This document shows, in pieces, positions 9,909 to 18,747 of a DNA stretch of 36,420 nucleotides; the first letter of the stretch is position 1; the number at the start of each line of letters is the position of its first letter. Origin of the DNA: an uncultured Planctomycetia bacterium. Its GTDB lineage: Bacteria > Planctomycetota > Planctomycetia > Pirellulales > S012-138. A program made the position numbers and the translations under genes. The stretch covers positions 1 to 36,420 of the forward strand of contig CALOEH010000113.1 in assembly GCA_942492195.1 (NCBI GenBank), in the 5' to 3' direction. The notes under the pieces were generated by a model. The model ran no database searches. It saw only the letters and a list, made by a program, of their open reading frames with translations, and was not told where the DNA came from.

Positions 9909-10604
9909 ATGGAACCATTGGACGTACTGGTCGTGGCTCCGCATCCCGACGATGCCGAACTTGGATTGGGAGGCACCATCCTGCGGATGGTGGCCGAAGG
10001 TCTGCGCGTGGGGATTCTGGATCTCACCACCGGCGAGCCTACGCCGCTGGGGAGCCGGGAGCGCCGCGCGGCGGAGACCGCTGCCGCCACCGAAGTGCTC
10101 GGGATCGCCTGGCGTGAGAATCTAGGGCTGCCGAATCGGAGTCTTGAGCACACACTCGAAGCCCGACGGCAACTGGCCGGGGTGTACCGACGGGTACGGC
10201 CTCAATTGATTTTCGCTCCTTACTGGATCGACGCACATCCCGATCACCTGGCCGCTGTAGAACTGATTGAAGCGGCCAGGTTTTGGTCCAAGCTTTCCAA
10301 GAGCGATTTGCCAGGCGAGCCGCATCATCCACAGAAGATTTTGCACTACTTCAGCGTGCATTTGAAACTGCTCGAAGCTCCCTCGGTCGTGCTGGACATC
10401 AGCGACTACTGGCCGCAGAAGTTGGAGGCGATTGCCTGCTACGAAAGCCAGTTTGTCGAAGGCCGCCCGACGCAACCACCCACCTTCATGGACACCGTGC
10501 GGGATCGGGCCGCCTATTGGGGATGGTCCATCGGCCGGCCGTACGGCGAACCGATCGCCTGTCGCGAACCCATCGGGCTGGCCAGCCTGCGCGATTTGGT
10601 ATGA
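9909..10604 (+). CDS. PIG-L/LmbE-family N-acetylglucosaminyl deacetylase (BshB/MshB-like)
   Basis: The N-terminal motif VLVVAPHPDDAELGLGGT is the hallmark metal-binding motif of the PIG-L/LmbE family, and the HPDH motif (DAHPDHLAAVELIEAA) follows. The gene starts 60 nt after the rnr stop, so it is probably co-transcribed with rnr. Confidence 0.75.
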   Translation: MEPLDVLVVAPHPDDAELGLGGTILRMVAEGLRVGILDLTTGEPTPLGSRERRAAETAAATEVLGIAWRENLGLPNRSLEHTLEARRQLAGVYRRVRPQLIFAPYWIDAHPDHLAAVELIEAARFWSKLSKSDLPGEPHHPQKILHYFSVHLKLLEAPSVVLDISDYWPQKLEAIACYESQFVEGRPTQPPTFMDTVRDRAAYWGWSIGRPYGEPIACREPIGLASLRDLV

Positions 10605-10831
10605 GTTCCGTAGGCAATGCCGCTTCTGCTCCTGACGGCGAGATCAAATCTCCGAATCGGCGTTACCTCGCAGAAGAATCGCGGTGTGCCTGATCGAGAT
10701 CCTGCAAGTGGAGGCGTCATGCAGGCGTGTGATCGCCACTTTCGCGTGTTATAACGATGCACGCCCTATCATCACGAAAGCTTCGGTGAAATAGAATTGA
10801 AGCCCCTCGAAGAACGGGAGAGGAAACAACG

Positions 10832-11377
10832 ATGAGAACATCGCACCACGCTGCGCATGTCACGTATTTCTGCGCTCTCTTGTCCGTTTCATTGTTCTTC
10901 GGTTGTGATGTCGTTGACAGTGTGAACCCGAAGTCTGAACCAACGTTCTGGTATGTGGCGAAATTCCAGGGTGCTGAGCAGCGCGCCAAGAACAAATATT
11001 CCGGAATGAAGCAGGCGCTTGGCAATGCGCTCGCAGCGCAAGACGAAGCCGGCATGCTAGACGGATTCTCTGCCATTAGTGAGCACTTTACCTCGGTCGC
11101 CGACCAGTTCGATCGACTGGATACCAGCGACGTAGACGATGACGCGGTGAATTATGTCCAGGACCTGGCGAAGACCTACCGCGACGCGGGAATTGCCTTG
11201 CAGAAATTGGCAACCGCACATCGGAATCGAGACGACGCTCAAGCCGGATCATTGATGTCGCAAGTGCTGCCGTTGCAAGAAAAAATCGAGCAGGCGCCCT
11301 CCGAACGCGCGGCGCTCTTCACGACGCTCTCGGGCCGCTATGGTGGTCGAAATTTCAATACGATTGACGATTACTGA
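10832..11377 (+). CDS. putative lipoprotein of unknown function
   Basis: The ATG is preceded by GGGAGAGGAAAC. The N-terminus MRTSHHAAHVTYFCALLSVSLFFGCDVV has a basic region, a hydrophobic core and a Cys (non-canonical lipobox LFFGC). The remainder is a soluble, helix-rich, acidic sequence. No family was recognised. Confidence 0.5.
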   Translation: MRTSHHAAHVTYFCALLSVSLFFGCDVVDSVNPKSEPTFWYVAKFQGAEQRAKNKYSGMKQALGNALAAQDEAGMLDGFSAISEHFTSVADQFDRLDTSDVDDDAVNYVQDLAKTYRDAGIALQKLATAHRNRDDAQAGSLMSQVLPLQEKIEQAPSERAALFTTLSGRYGGRNFNTIDDY

Positions 11378-11652
11378 GCGGGATCGAGAAGTCAACCAAC
11401 CGCGATGCACGTCATCCGGCAATGCTTATTGCCACATTGACAATTAGGATGTGATAGGTGTTAGCCAAGAGCCTTGCATGTCTCGCCACGGTACGATGGA
11501 TATCTCCAATGAGATTGCTGGCCGAAACCCGCCCCACCTCGCCCACGCTTCGGGTTGTGATTCCAACGATTCCGCTACATTGCGCGAGATGACTGCTTTG
11601 CCGTTGATGGCATCGAACCAATCGTCCACGCGTACCTTTCGAGGATTCGAAC

Positions 11653-14531
11653 ATGCACCAGGCAGCCCTGCGGGTCATCTTCGTTCTTGGCGTGAGCACG
11701 GTCAGTCTAGGGCTCATCTCCGGCCTGGCACTTCGCGCGGACGACGCATTGGCGGACAAGCTTCTTGCGTCTGCCGGCGTGCAACGTGGTCTGTGTGTTC
11801 ATTTGAACTGCGGTGAGGGTGCTTTGACGCTCAGCTTGGGGAAACACCCGGACCTGCTTGTTCACGGTCTTGAAGCCGATTCCGGATTGGCAACGAAGGC
11901 CCGCGTGCAACTGGACCAGCAGGCGATGCACGGGCGGGTCTCCGTTGCCACGGGCAACTTTGCCCGACTCCCCTACGCAGACAATCTGGTGAACCTTGTC
12001 ATCTCCGAGAGCCTTGGCGATGGCGACCAATTGCGCGAGATCCTGCGTGTACTCCGGCCTGATGGAGTTGCCCTGTTGAAAGGTGGGAATGCCGCCGCCG
12101 AGGTGCAGCGCTGCATTCAGACACTGAAGGAAGCGCGTGTGGAAGACGTCAAACTGGTCGAGGTCGACAGGGCCTGGCTGCGGTTCGTCAAACCTAAGCT
12201 TGCCGGAGTTGATGACTGGACGCATCTGAATCACAACGCCGGTGGCAACCGCCTGTCCCAGGACACGTTGGCTGGTCCCCCTGAACGATTGCGTTGGGTG
12301 GATGGTGTCCTTGGAAGTACCGATGCTAACGGGCCTGGGGCGGCACTCTCCCTGGATGGGCGGCTGTTCTACCATTTCGACGAAGCGCCAAACTCGAAGC
12401 CGCAGCAGAACTGGTCTGCCATCTACGCGCGCGATGCCTACAACGGTTTGCTTCTCTGGAAACGCCCGGTGTCGGGTTTTTCGCCGCTCTGTTTCGCCGT
12501 CAATTCGCAGTATGTATTCAGCGTCATCGAAACGAAGGGAACGCTGGTTGCCCTCGATCGGGATACCGGCAACGTGGCCCATGAGTACCAAGCCGCCACG
12601 TTTCCGGACTGGGTGGTGTTCCATGCTGGTCAGCTCTATGTGGCAGCCGGATCCAGGTATGGCGGCAAGCGAGTCCTGTGTCTTGATGCCGAGACCGGCG
12701 AAGTCCGATGGCAGAGCGATGTTCAGATTCGCCCCAGCGGTTCGCTTCCTAACTTTGTGGTCGCTGGCAAGATCGGTTACTTCCTGGACTGGTCCGGCAA
12801 GAAGCTTGGCTGCCTGGACCTGACCAGCGGTACCACCAAGTGGGAACAGGATATCAGCCAGTTCCTGACCGAAATGAAGTGGCGGTACGGACTCTGCTCG
12901 CACGGACACGGGACCCTGATTGTTGGTGAAGGGATGCGCGGCCAGGCGATTCATGCCTTCTCTGACGCAGACGGCCAGCATCGCTGGAGCCACCAGTATC
13001 CGCTCGTTCTCAGCGGTCGCTCCGCCCGACACAAAGGGTCTACCTACGACGGTGGTTTCTTTATCGATGGGCTATTCTGGACCCACGTCGGCCGCCCACA
13101 GGATGCACCGCAGCGTGGTGCCGAAGCCTGGGAAGGACTCGATCCCGCAACCGGTCAAGTCCAGCGAAGGTTCGCGTATGATCCGGATGTTGCCGTTGGA
13201 GATAGCTGCCATCGGGCCCAAGCGACCGTGAACTACTTTATGGGAGGACATACCCGATTCGTCAGCACGAAGACGGGAGAGTACGCTCCCAGGGCGTACG
13301 GAATCCACAACAGTTGCCACTTCGGGATGCTGCCGGCCAACGGACTGACGTACACCTGGTCCCAGTACACCAACACCTACGTCCGAGGACTGTTGGGTTT
13401 GACCACGAGCGAAGCCGAACAAACGGATCGCCTCTCGGACGCGCGCGGTTGCAGCCAGGCCCCGCCTATGGCCAGGTCGAACTGGCGGCTGACGGCCAGA
13501 CCCACTGGCCTTGCTTCCGACATGACTCGGCCCGCTCTGCCGCAGGCGAACCACTTACGGCAACCGGGAAGATTTCGCAGCGCTGGGAGGTCAAGCTCCG
13601 CACGGGACTTTCGCCACCGGTGGCCACGGACAAACTTGTTCTTGTGGCAGAACCCACCGCGGCGCGGATCACGGCACTGCGGAGCAGCAATGGAGAAGTC
13701 GCCTGGCGATTCTTGGCCGAGGGGCCGATTGCGTCGCCGCCGACCATCTACCGAGGTTTGTGCCTGTTCGGCTGCGCCGATGGTTTTGCCTACTGCCTCA
13801 GGGCCGACGACGGACAACTCGTGTGGAAGTTTCGAGCTGCGCGGCGCGAGCGGTTGATTGTGGTCCGCGGTCGGGTCGAGTCCACCTGGCCTGTCGATGG
13901 CGGCGTGTTGGTCGAGGCAGGGCTGGTCTACTTCGCTTCTGGTCGGCACGGCACGCTGGACGGCGGCGTGGATGTCTATGCGTTGCGCCCCGCCACCGGC
14001 GAACTTGTCTGGACTCGGCACGAGACCAACACGCCAGTGATCTCGTTGATGGCCAGCAACGGCAAGAGCGTGAGCGTTGGTGGCAAGACGGCATACGCCT
14101 TGGAAACCGGAGAGGACGCATCGAGGCCTGATTTTGGTGAAGACGTCTACCGAGCAGACATGATCTCTCTCACCCAGCGGATTGGCCACAAGAACGAAGA
14201 CCCGCGGATGCAGCCGCAGCTGAGCATTCAGGCAGTCGCCGTCGTGCGTAGCGGCGATACGATCCTGGTAGCCGGCAAGTTGGGAGACCAGCCTCCGCTG
14301 CTGCAATGGGTCCATCAGCGGAACGGCACGGTCATCAACAACGATGCACCCCCGCGCGGTGACCAGGGCCCGTTCTACCTTTGGGCGTTTTCCGCCAACG
14401 ATGGCAAGTTGCAATGGACCCAACCGCTTCCGGCGGCCCCCCTCTTCGACAGCCTGGCCGTTGCCGACGGTAGCATCTACCTGACCACCACCGATCAGCA
14501 ACTCCTGGCCTTCGGTTCACCGCCGCAGTAG
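11653..14531 (+). CDS. secreted fusion protein: class-I SAM methyltransferase-like domain + PQQ-type beta-propeller (BamB-like repeats), interrupted by an apparent frameshift near 13460
   Basis: ORF 11653..13857 opens with the signal peptide MHQAALRVIFVLGVSTVSLGLISGLALRADD. Methyltransferase-like motifs follow (GLCVHLNCGEGALTL, ADNLVNLVIS, LRVLRPDGVALL), then propeller repeats (LVALDRDTGNVAHEY, LDAETGEVRWQS, LDLTSGTTKWEQ). Its last ~130 codons are Arg/Pro-rich junk. ORF 13314..14531, in the +1 frame, reads as junk for its first ~50 codons and then continues with PQQ-like repeats (ALRSSNGEVAWRF, RADDGQLVWKF, LRPATGELVWTRH, FSANDGKLQWTQ). The two protein-like parts abut around 13430-13480, where a C4 run lies at 13460-13463. 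Together they would make one protein of ~955 aa. This is either a sequencing indel or a genuine pseudogene. Confidence 0.6.
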
Positions 14532-14687
14532 CCAGAGTAACCGGAGCACGCGTTGCCTCGCTCACGCTCTCATGCTTTGGCAACAAGGACTCATGTCTCT
14601 GCGCTCTCCGCGGTGAGTTAAACTCCGGCAATTCCCGGTTTGGCGTAGCAGCCTCGCTCAAGCATCTCCGGTTTGCAAATGCGGAAG

Positions 14688-15524
14688 CTATTTTTCGCCG
14701 GTTACTTGGGTCTTGCGTTGTGATTCTAAAGCGGCAGGATCTGCGGATTCTTGGCCAGGTTTCCAACGTCGGCCTGCCAGGCGAGGTTGGTAATCGTAGA
14801 CTCCGGCCAAATTGGCAATTTCTTGAAGCATCCGCTTGGTGATGTCCTCGAGCACCGCCCTTTCGCTCTTCTTGTCTGCCTGCTCCCAGAACTCGCTGAA
14901 GTCGATCGGATCTCCCACCCTCAGCCTGGCATGGGCGGTCATCCAAAGGCTGCTGAATACGGTGCCTCCCAAGGGTGATCCTGAGACGTAGCAGGGGATC
15001 ACTGGCACACGTGCCTTGAGAGCCAGGAGAGCCACACCAGGGCGGCCTGGCAGGAGAATCTGGTCCGTGTCGTTGATGCGTCCTTCGGGAAACAGTCCCA
15101 CCAGGTGCCCTTGCTGCAGCAATCGGATGGAGAGCTTGGTGGCTTTGGTATCCACGCCTCCCCGATTGACAGGGATGCAGCCCAAGGTGCGAAAGGCCCA
15201 AGCCACGGCGGGATGCTCGCAGTACTCACGCGCCACCATCCAATGCACCGGGCGGTTGGTGGTTTGCGCAATGAAACCGGGGTCGATTCCGCTGATATGA
15301 TTGCAAACAATGATGGCTCCCTGGTTGTCCTGCAGCGGGAGCTTGCGATCGATATGCACCCGCCACACGACGCGAGTCATCATCAACGCGTAAAGGTAAA
15401 TCGGAGCCTGGGCCACGCTGTACCGGGTCCGCTTCCAGGCAACCCAACCCCAGCCAGCAAACGCTGCCACTGCAGCGCCCAACACGAAATAGGAGAACAT
15501 CGACGTTTGTTCTGGCGAGAGCAT
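14688..15524 (-). CDS. plsC: 1-acyl-sn-glycerol-3-phosphate acyltransferase (PlsC/LPLAT family)
   Basis: Contains the H(X)4D acyltransferase motif NHISGIDPGF and the FPEGR motif (GLFPEGRIND), plus an N-terminal TM helix (MFSYFVLGAAVAAFAGWGWVAW). Start taken as the ATG at 15524 (MLSPEQTSMF...); the ATG at 15500 is an alternative. The longer ORF reaching 15746 would translate the upstream tandem repeats, which is unlikely. Confidence 0.75.
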   Translation of the reverse strand: MLSPEQTSMFSYFVLGAAVAAFAGWGWVAWKRTRYSVAQAPIYLYALMMTRVVWRVHIDRKLPLQDNQGAIIVCNHISGIDPGFIAQTTNRPVHWMVAREYCEHPAVAWAFRTLGCIPVNRGGVDTKATKLSIRLLQQGHLVGLFPEGRINDTDQILLPGRPGVALLALKARVPVIPCYVSGSPLGGTVFSSLWMTAHARLRVGDPIDFSEFWEQADKKSERAVLEDITKRMLQEIANLAGVYDYQPRLAGRRWKPGQESADPAALESQRKTQVTGEK

Positions 15525-15558
15525 ATTCGCAGAGCCCAGCACGATGGTTAGAAGCAGC

Positions 15559-15649
15559 GACAACTGCCTTGGTTTCGAGCGAGATTGGTTTCGAGCGAGA
15601 TTGGTTTCTAGCAATTTGGTATCGAGCAACATTCTTTTGAGCAACATTG
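15559..15649. repeat. degenerating ~16-bp tandem direct repeat array (about six units)
   Basis: Seen directly in the sequence. TTGGTTTCGAGCGAGA occurs at 15559-15574 and again perfectly at 15575-15590. Progressively diverged copies follow: TTGGTTTCTAGCAAT, TTGGTATCGAGCAACAT, TCTTTTGAGCAACAT and TGTATCGGGCAT. The array lies 35-125 bp upstream of the plsC-like start on the opposite strand, in intergenic DNA. Confidence 0.7.
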
Positions 15650-16167
15650 TATCGGGCATTCCGGCCAGGCGCACCATTTTGCGGTTTCGAGCTGCGCAGC
15701 CCAGGGAATTTGGTGCCGATACCCTCGGGCGCTCGGCAGGGACCAAACGTCAAACATGTTCGGCATAGCCGTTGCGATCGTCACCAGCGCGCGCTGAATA
15801 TGCAAGTTCGCCCGTTCAACCAGGTGGCACGGCGGCCAGACCCGGCTTGCCCCCTGCCTAGGCAAGCTATAGTTGAGCACTCCGTACCCTGTTGCCGACG
15901 TTTATGACGCAAGCCTGGTCGATGTCCATGATGCCAGAACTCTCACCATTTGTCCCTTTGCCCATCTCGGGCATGCATGCCACGGTGGTCGCGCAGGGCG
16001 TGTTGCAGCAGCATGGCGACACGGCCCTGCAGCAGAGCATTTGGAGTTCCTTCTTGGTTTTAGCGAGCGGGATCCCTGAATGGCGAACGCTTTGTTGCCG
16101 GGCTGACTCACTCGCCGGCGGTTCGCTACTCGAAGACAACCAGAAGCACAATCATTGTCGTGGAGAC

Positions 16168-16407
16168 ATGAACACTTTATCCTCGAACTACCTGAAGTCC
16201 GACCTCAAAGAACCCCCCTACTGCTTTGCCGAATTCAAAGAAGGAATGCTGATTGCGTATCAGGATACCAGCGCCGAAGAAGGCCTGCTGTTTGGATTGA
16301 TTGGGTGGATGGCCGACATCGGCATCAAGAGCATGTTGCGGCAGGTCGAACTCGAACAACGCGCCAACGAGTGTGTGTTCACCGTCTCCGTAGTGAGAAC
16401 CACTTGA
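16168..16407 (+). CDS. small ORF (80 aa); possibly the displaced N-terminal part of the downstream HD-GYP gene
   Basis: From the ATG at 16168 the ORF reads MNTLSSNYLKSDLKEPPYCFAEFKEGMLIAYQDTSAEEGLLFGLIGWMADIGIKSMLRQVELEQRANECVFTVSVVRTT. It has protein-like composition and ends 53 nt before the HD-GYP ORF, in a different frame. No family was recognised. It could also be spurious. Confidence 0.2.
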   Translation: MNTLSSNYLKSDLKEPPYCFAEFKEGMLIAYQDTSAEEGLLFGLIGWMADIGIKSMLRQVELEQRANECVFTVSVVRTT

Positions 16408-16459
16408 GCTGGCCGCGCGTCTGTGACGGGCTCGAAGAACGGCTAAACCTTGTGGCCGG

Positions 16460-17644
16460 TTGGGACAGGCTGATTTCGGCGGTGATTGGGACTCTTGGGC
16501 ACAAGCCGTGCTGCCTGTGTTGTGCGATTCGGTCTCCGCAGAGTCCATGGCCATGGTGGTCGAATCTCATGAACACCCAGAGGTGCCCTATCATGTGGTC
16601 AGCAAGACAGGTCAGCCGCTGCTGACGGACGACGTTTACCTTGAGTTGATTGAGAGGTTTGGTCCGGCCTCCGAAGGCATCCCTGTGGTTCGCAACCGTT
16701 GGCACGAAACAAAGGATCCAGAACGACCAGAGAACATTCGCGACTTGATTGTCGTTTCCATCCCACGGGGTGTCGGCGTCGGCGGATGGCTCGTCGCGGT
16801 CAATCGATGTTGGCTCTCAACCAGTTCCGATTCCACCGCCTACCGTCTGAGCCAGTTCGAATTCGGAACCGTCGAAGCCACACTGCTCGAAGCGGCCACG
16901 GCGCTGCTCTCGACCCAAACCCGCCAAGTCGAACTCTTTCGCGAGAACAAGAGCCTGCTGATCAACCTGGTTCGGGCTTTGGTTTCTGCCATCGAAGCGA
17001 AAGACCGCTACACCTACGGGCATAGCGAGCGTGTCGCACTATTCGCACGCCGATTGGCCAAAGAAGCAGGACTGTCTCCGTTCCGCTGCGAGCGAATTTA
17101 TCTAGGAGGCCTGCTGCATGACATCGGCAAGATTGGGGTCAGCGACGCAACGTTGCAGAAGACCGGGAGCCTGACGCCAGACGAAATTGCTGAGATCAAA
17201 ACCCATCCCGTATTGGGCTGGTCCATCTTGCACGAAATCGAGCCTCTCGAAGATATCCTGCCGGTGGTCGTGCATCACCACGAACGGTACGACGGTCAAG
17301 GATACCCCGATGCCGTCGCTGCTGAGAACATTCCGTTCGAAGCCCGAATCCTGGCCGTCGCAGACGCGTTCGACGCCATGACCAGCAACCGCCCCTATCG
17401 TCAAGGGATGTCGATCGAGCGTGCCCAATCCATTTTGGAAAAGGGGGCAGGCACGCAATGGGACGCGAATCTGATTCAACTCTTCTGCAACATCATGCCG
17501 GAAATCTTGGAACTCCGAGAGACGTACCAGCAGCAACACCAGGACGTCTCATCTCTGATCGAGCGCCAGCACCGGCACTCGGGCAAATCTCAGCCCGCCG
17601 CGGACCATCGTCCACTGCCAGCCAGTCCAGATGCCGCGCAGTAG
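16460..17644 (+). CDS. HD-GYP domain cyclic-di-GMP phosphodiesterase with N-terminal GAF-like sensor region
   Basis: C-terminal HD-GYP signature: GHSERVALFARRLA, LGGLLHDIGKIGV, HHHERYDGQGYP and ADAFDAMTSNRPYR. The preceding ~170 aa are GAF-like (LIVVSIPRGVGVGGWLVAVNR). The ORF begins at a TTG (16460), so the real 5' end is unresolved (see finding). Confidence 0.8.
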   Translation: MGQADFGGDWDSWAQAVLPVLCDSVSAESMAMVVESHEHPEVPYHVVSKTGQPLLTDDVYLELIERFGPASEGIPVVRNRWHETKDPERPENIRDLIVVSIPRGVGVGGWLVAVNRCWLSTSSDSTAYRLSQFEFGTVEATLLEAATALLSTQTRQVELFRENKSLLINLVRALVSAIEAKDRYTYGHSERVALFARRLAKEAGLSPFRCERIYLGGLLHDIGKIGVSDATLQKTGSLTPDEIAEIKTHPVLGWSILHEIEPLEDILPVVVHHHERYDGQGYPDAVAAENIPFEARILAVADAFDAMTSNRPYRQGMSIERAQSILEKGAGTQWDANLIQLFCNIMPEILELRETYQQQHQDVSSLIERQHRHSGKSQPAADHRPLPASPDAAQ

Positions 17645-17680
17645 ATGCGTGGGTTCGTTGTGAACTTTGGTAACGCCTTC

Positions 17681-17699
17681 GGTTCCGTAGGTCGGAACC
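17681..17699 (+). terminator. putative intrinsic terminator after the HD-GYP gene
   Basis: GGTTCCG-TAGGT-CGGAACC, a perfect 7-bp stem with a 5-nt loop. It lies 37 nt after the stop and is followed by TATTTCCGG. The U-tract is modest. Confidence 0.35.
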
Positions 17700-17774
17700 T
17701 ATTTCCGGAAAATCCCCTGAAAACCAGGCTTTGTGCAAGAATAGCAAGGACTTAGGACTGTTCTGACTTCCGAT

Positions 17775-17858
17775 TCAGAGTGTCCAATTCTTGTCCTAAT
17801 TTCCGTCCAAATCGGTTCGAATTTGAGGAATCCTCAAACCGTCATTGGCCCACTCTGA
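17775..17858. repeat. 8-bp inverted repeat pair enclosing a short palindrome (structured element of unknown nature)
   Basis: TCAGAGTG (17775-17782) and CACTCTGA (17851-17858) flank ~68 nt. That stretch contains the palindrome TTTGAGG-AAT-CCTCAAA (17822-17838). The region lies in ORF-free, AT-richer DNA adjacent to IS remnants. Confidence 0.3.
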
Positions 17859-18119
17859 GGCCGGCTTGTCGCTTCTACTCGCTCCCAAGATGGACTGGCT
17901 TGGACCACCGCTCACGCCGTCTGGCAGGCCCAAATCGGCAAACTTTCCGGCCTGTGACGGTCGCCAGAATCCAGTTTTCCTAAGCTGGGTTTTGGGGCCG
18001 TTTGAGGGCTTCCACCAAGGTTTCCGACTTGTCCTCCTTAAAGGGTATGCCCTTGACAGTCGTGGACTGTATGAATTCGCCAGTAGAAGACTTGACGCCC
18101 TTAGTAACGCACGAAAACT

Positions 18120-18700
18120 AAACTACTACCGGCTGAAGCCGGTAGGTTGAAGGGTCTTGTGAGCTACGGACTGAAGTCCTTCGCTCACGCTGGAGTCACG
18201 CTGAAGTTGTCACCACCATCATCCGGTTCCGTTCCATCCTGCAGACGGATGTACTCCTTGATCACCTCGTCAGTCACGTTGCCGCTGGTCGCCACAAAAT
18301 AGCCGCGTACTCACAAGTGGCAGCCCCAATACTGTTTTTCGATATGCCCCTAAATTCCATCTTGGGCTTTCGCGAACTCTTTACCCTTGATGTACTGCAT
18401 AATCTTGCTGGGAGACAGATTCGGCGGGCAGGACAGCAGCACGTGCACATGGTCGCGAGAAACGGCTCCTAACACGGGATTTCGATGTCGTGCGTACGGC
18501 AAACTTCCTCACCAATCTCACGCACCCGCTTGCCGACAGCTCCTATCAGTACTCCCGCTTACGATACTTCGTCACCCACTGAAAGTGGTACTTGGATGTC
18601 AAATCGACTGTGCGGGGTTGCGAGTAGTTCTCCATGCCAGCGATTCTAGCCGCCGAAACCGAAGAACCTAAGGGTTTCGCCTGAAGGCGAGGGTTTTATA
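18120..18700 (-). mobile_element. IS200/IS605-family insertion sequence remnant (tnpA inactivated, subterminal hairpins retained)
   Basis: Contains the degraded Y1/HUH transposase gene (next feature). It is flanked by hairpins typical of IS200/IS605 ends. On the tnpA 5' (left-end) side: CGAAACC-N12-GGTTTCG (18654-18679) and CGCC-TGAA-GGCG (18678-18689). On the 3' (right-end) side: TACCGGC-TGAA-GCCGGTA (18127-18144) and GGAC-TGAA-GTCC (18168-18179). The overall size of ~0.6 kb fits IS200-like elements. The exact ends were not determined. Confidence 0.6.
18185..18636 (-). pseudogene. tnpA: IS200/IS605-family transposase TnpA (Y1 HUH transposase) pseudogene
   Basis: The minus-strand translation from the ATG at 18636 gives MENYSQPRTVDLTSKYHFQWVTKYRKREY followed by two stops. 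A shifted frame then gives VSRDHVHVLLSCPPNLSPSKIMQYIKGK, which includes the HUH motif HVHVLL, and then a stop. After another stop comes ...EKQYWGCHL, then RGYFVATSGNVTDEVIKEYIRLQD, which is the conserved C-terminus of IS200 TnpA. All the conserved blocks are present, in the right order, across about 150 codons, but at least three stops or frameshifts break the reading frame. Confidence 0.65.
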
Positions 18701-18747
18701 CCCATCGTGGAGACAATAACTTCCCGCTTTTGCGATAGTACCTTATC

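Noticed and set aside
13377-14501. 374-codon minus-strand ORF across the PQQ-propeller gene. Also the 288-codon minus ORF 14335..15201 and the 175-codon minus ORF 15226..15753.
   Set aside because: They are Arg-rich nonsense translations (RRRNRPLG..., RRGYQSHQALH...). They overlap better-supported genes on the other strand or in other frames and carry no motifs.
15559-15649. Possible CRISPR array
   Set aside because: The repeats are 15-16 bp, directly abutting with no spacers, and only ~6 units. This is a simple tandem (slippage-type) repeat. No cas genes are present anywhere in the window.
16155-16625. 156-codon ORF in the third frame across the HD-GYP start region
   Set aside because: It is mostly Arg/Cys/Trp-rich nonsense. 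Only the short segment 16404-16500 looks protein-like. It is not called as a gene and is discussed only as part of the HD-GYP 5'-end problem.
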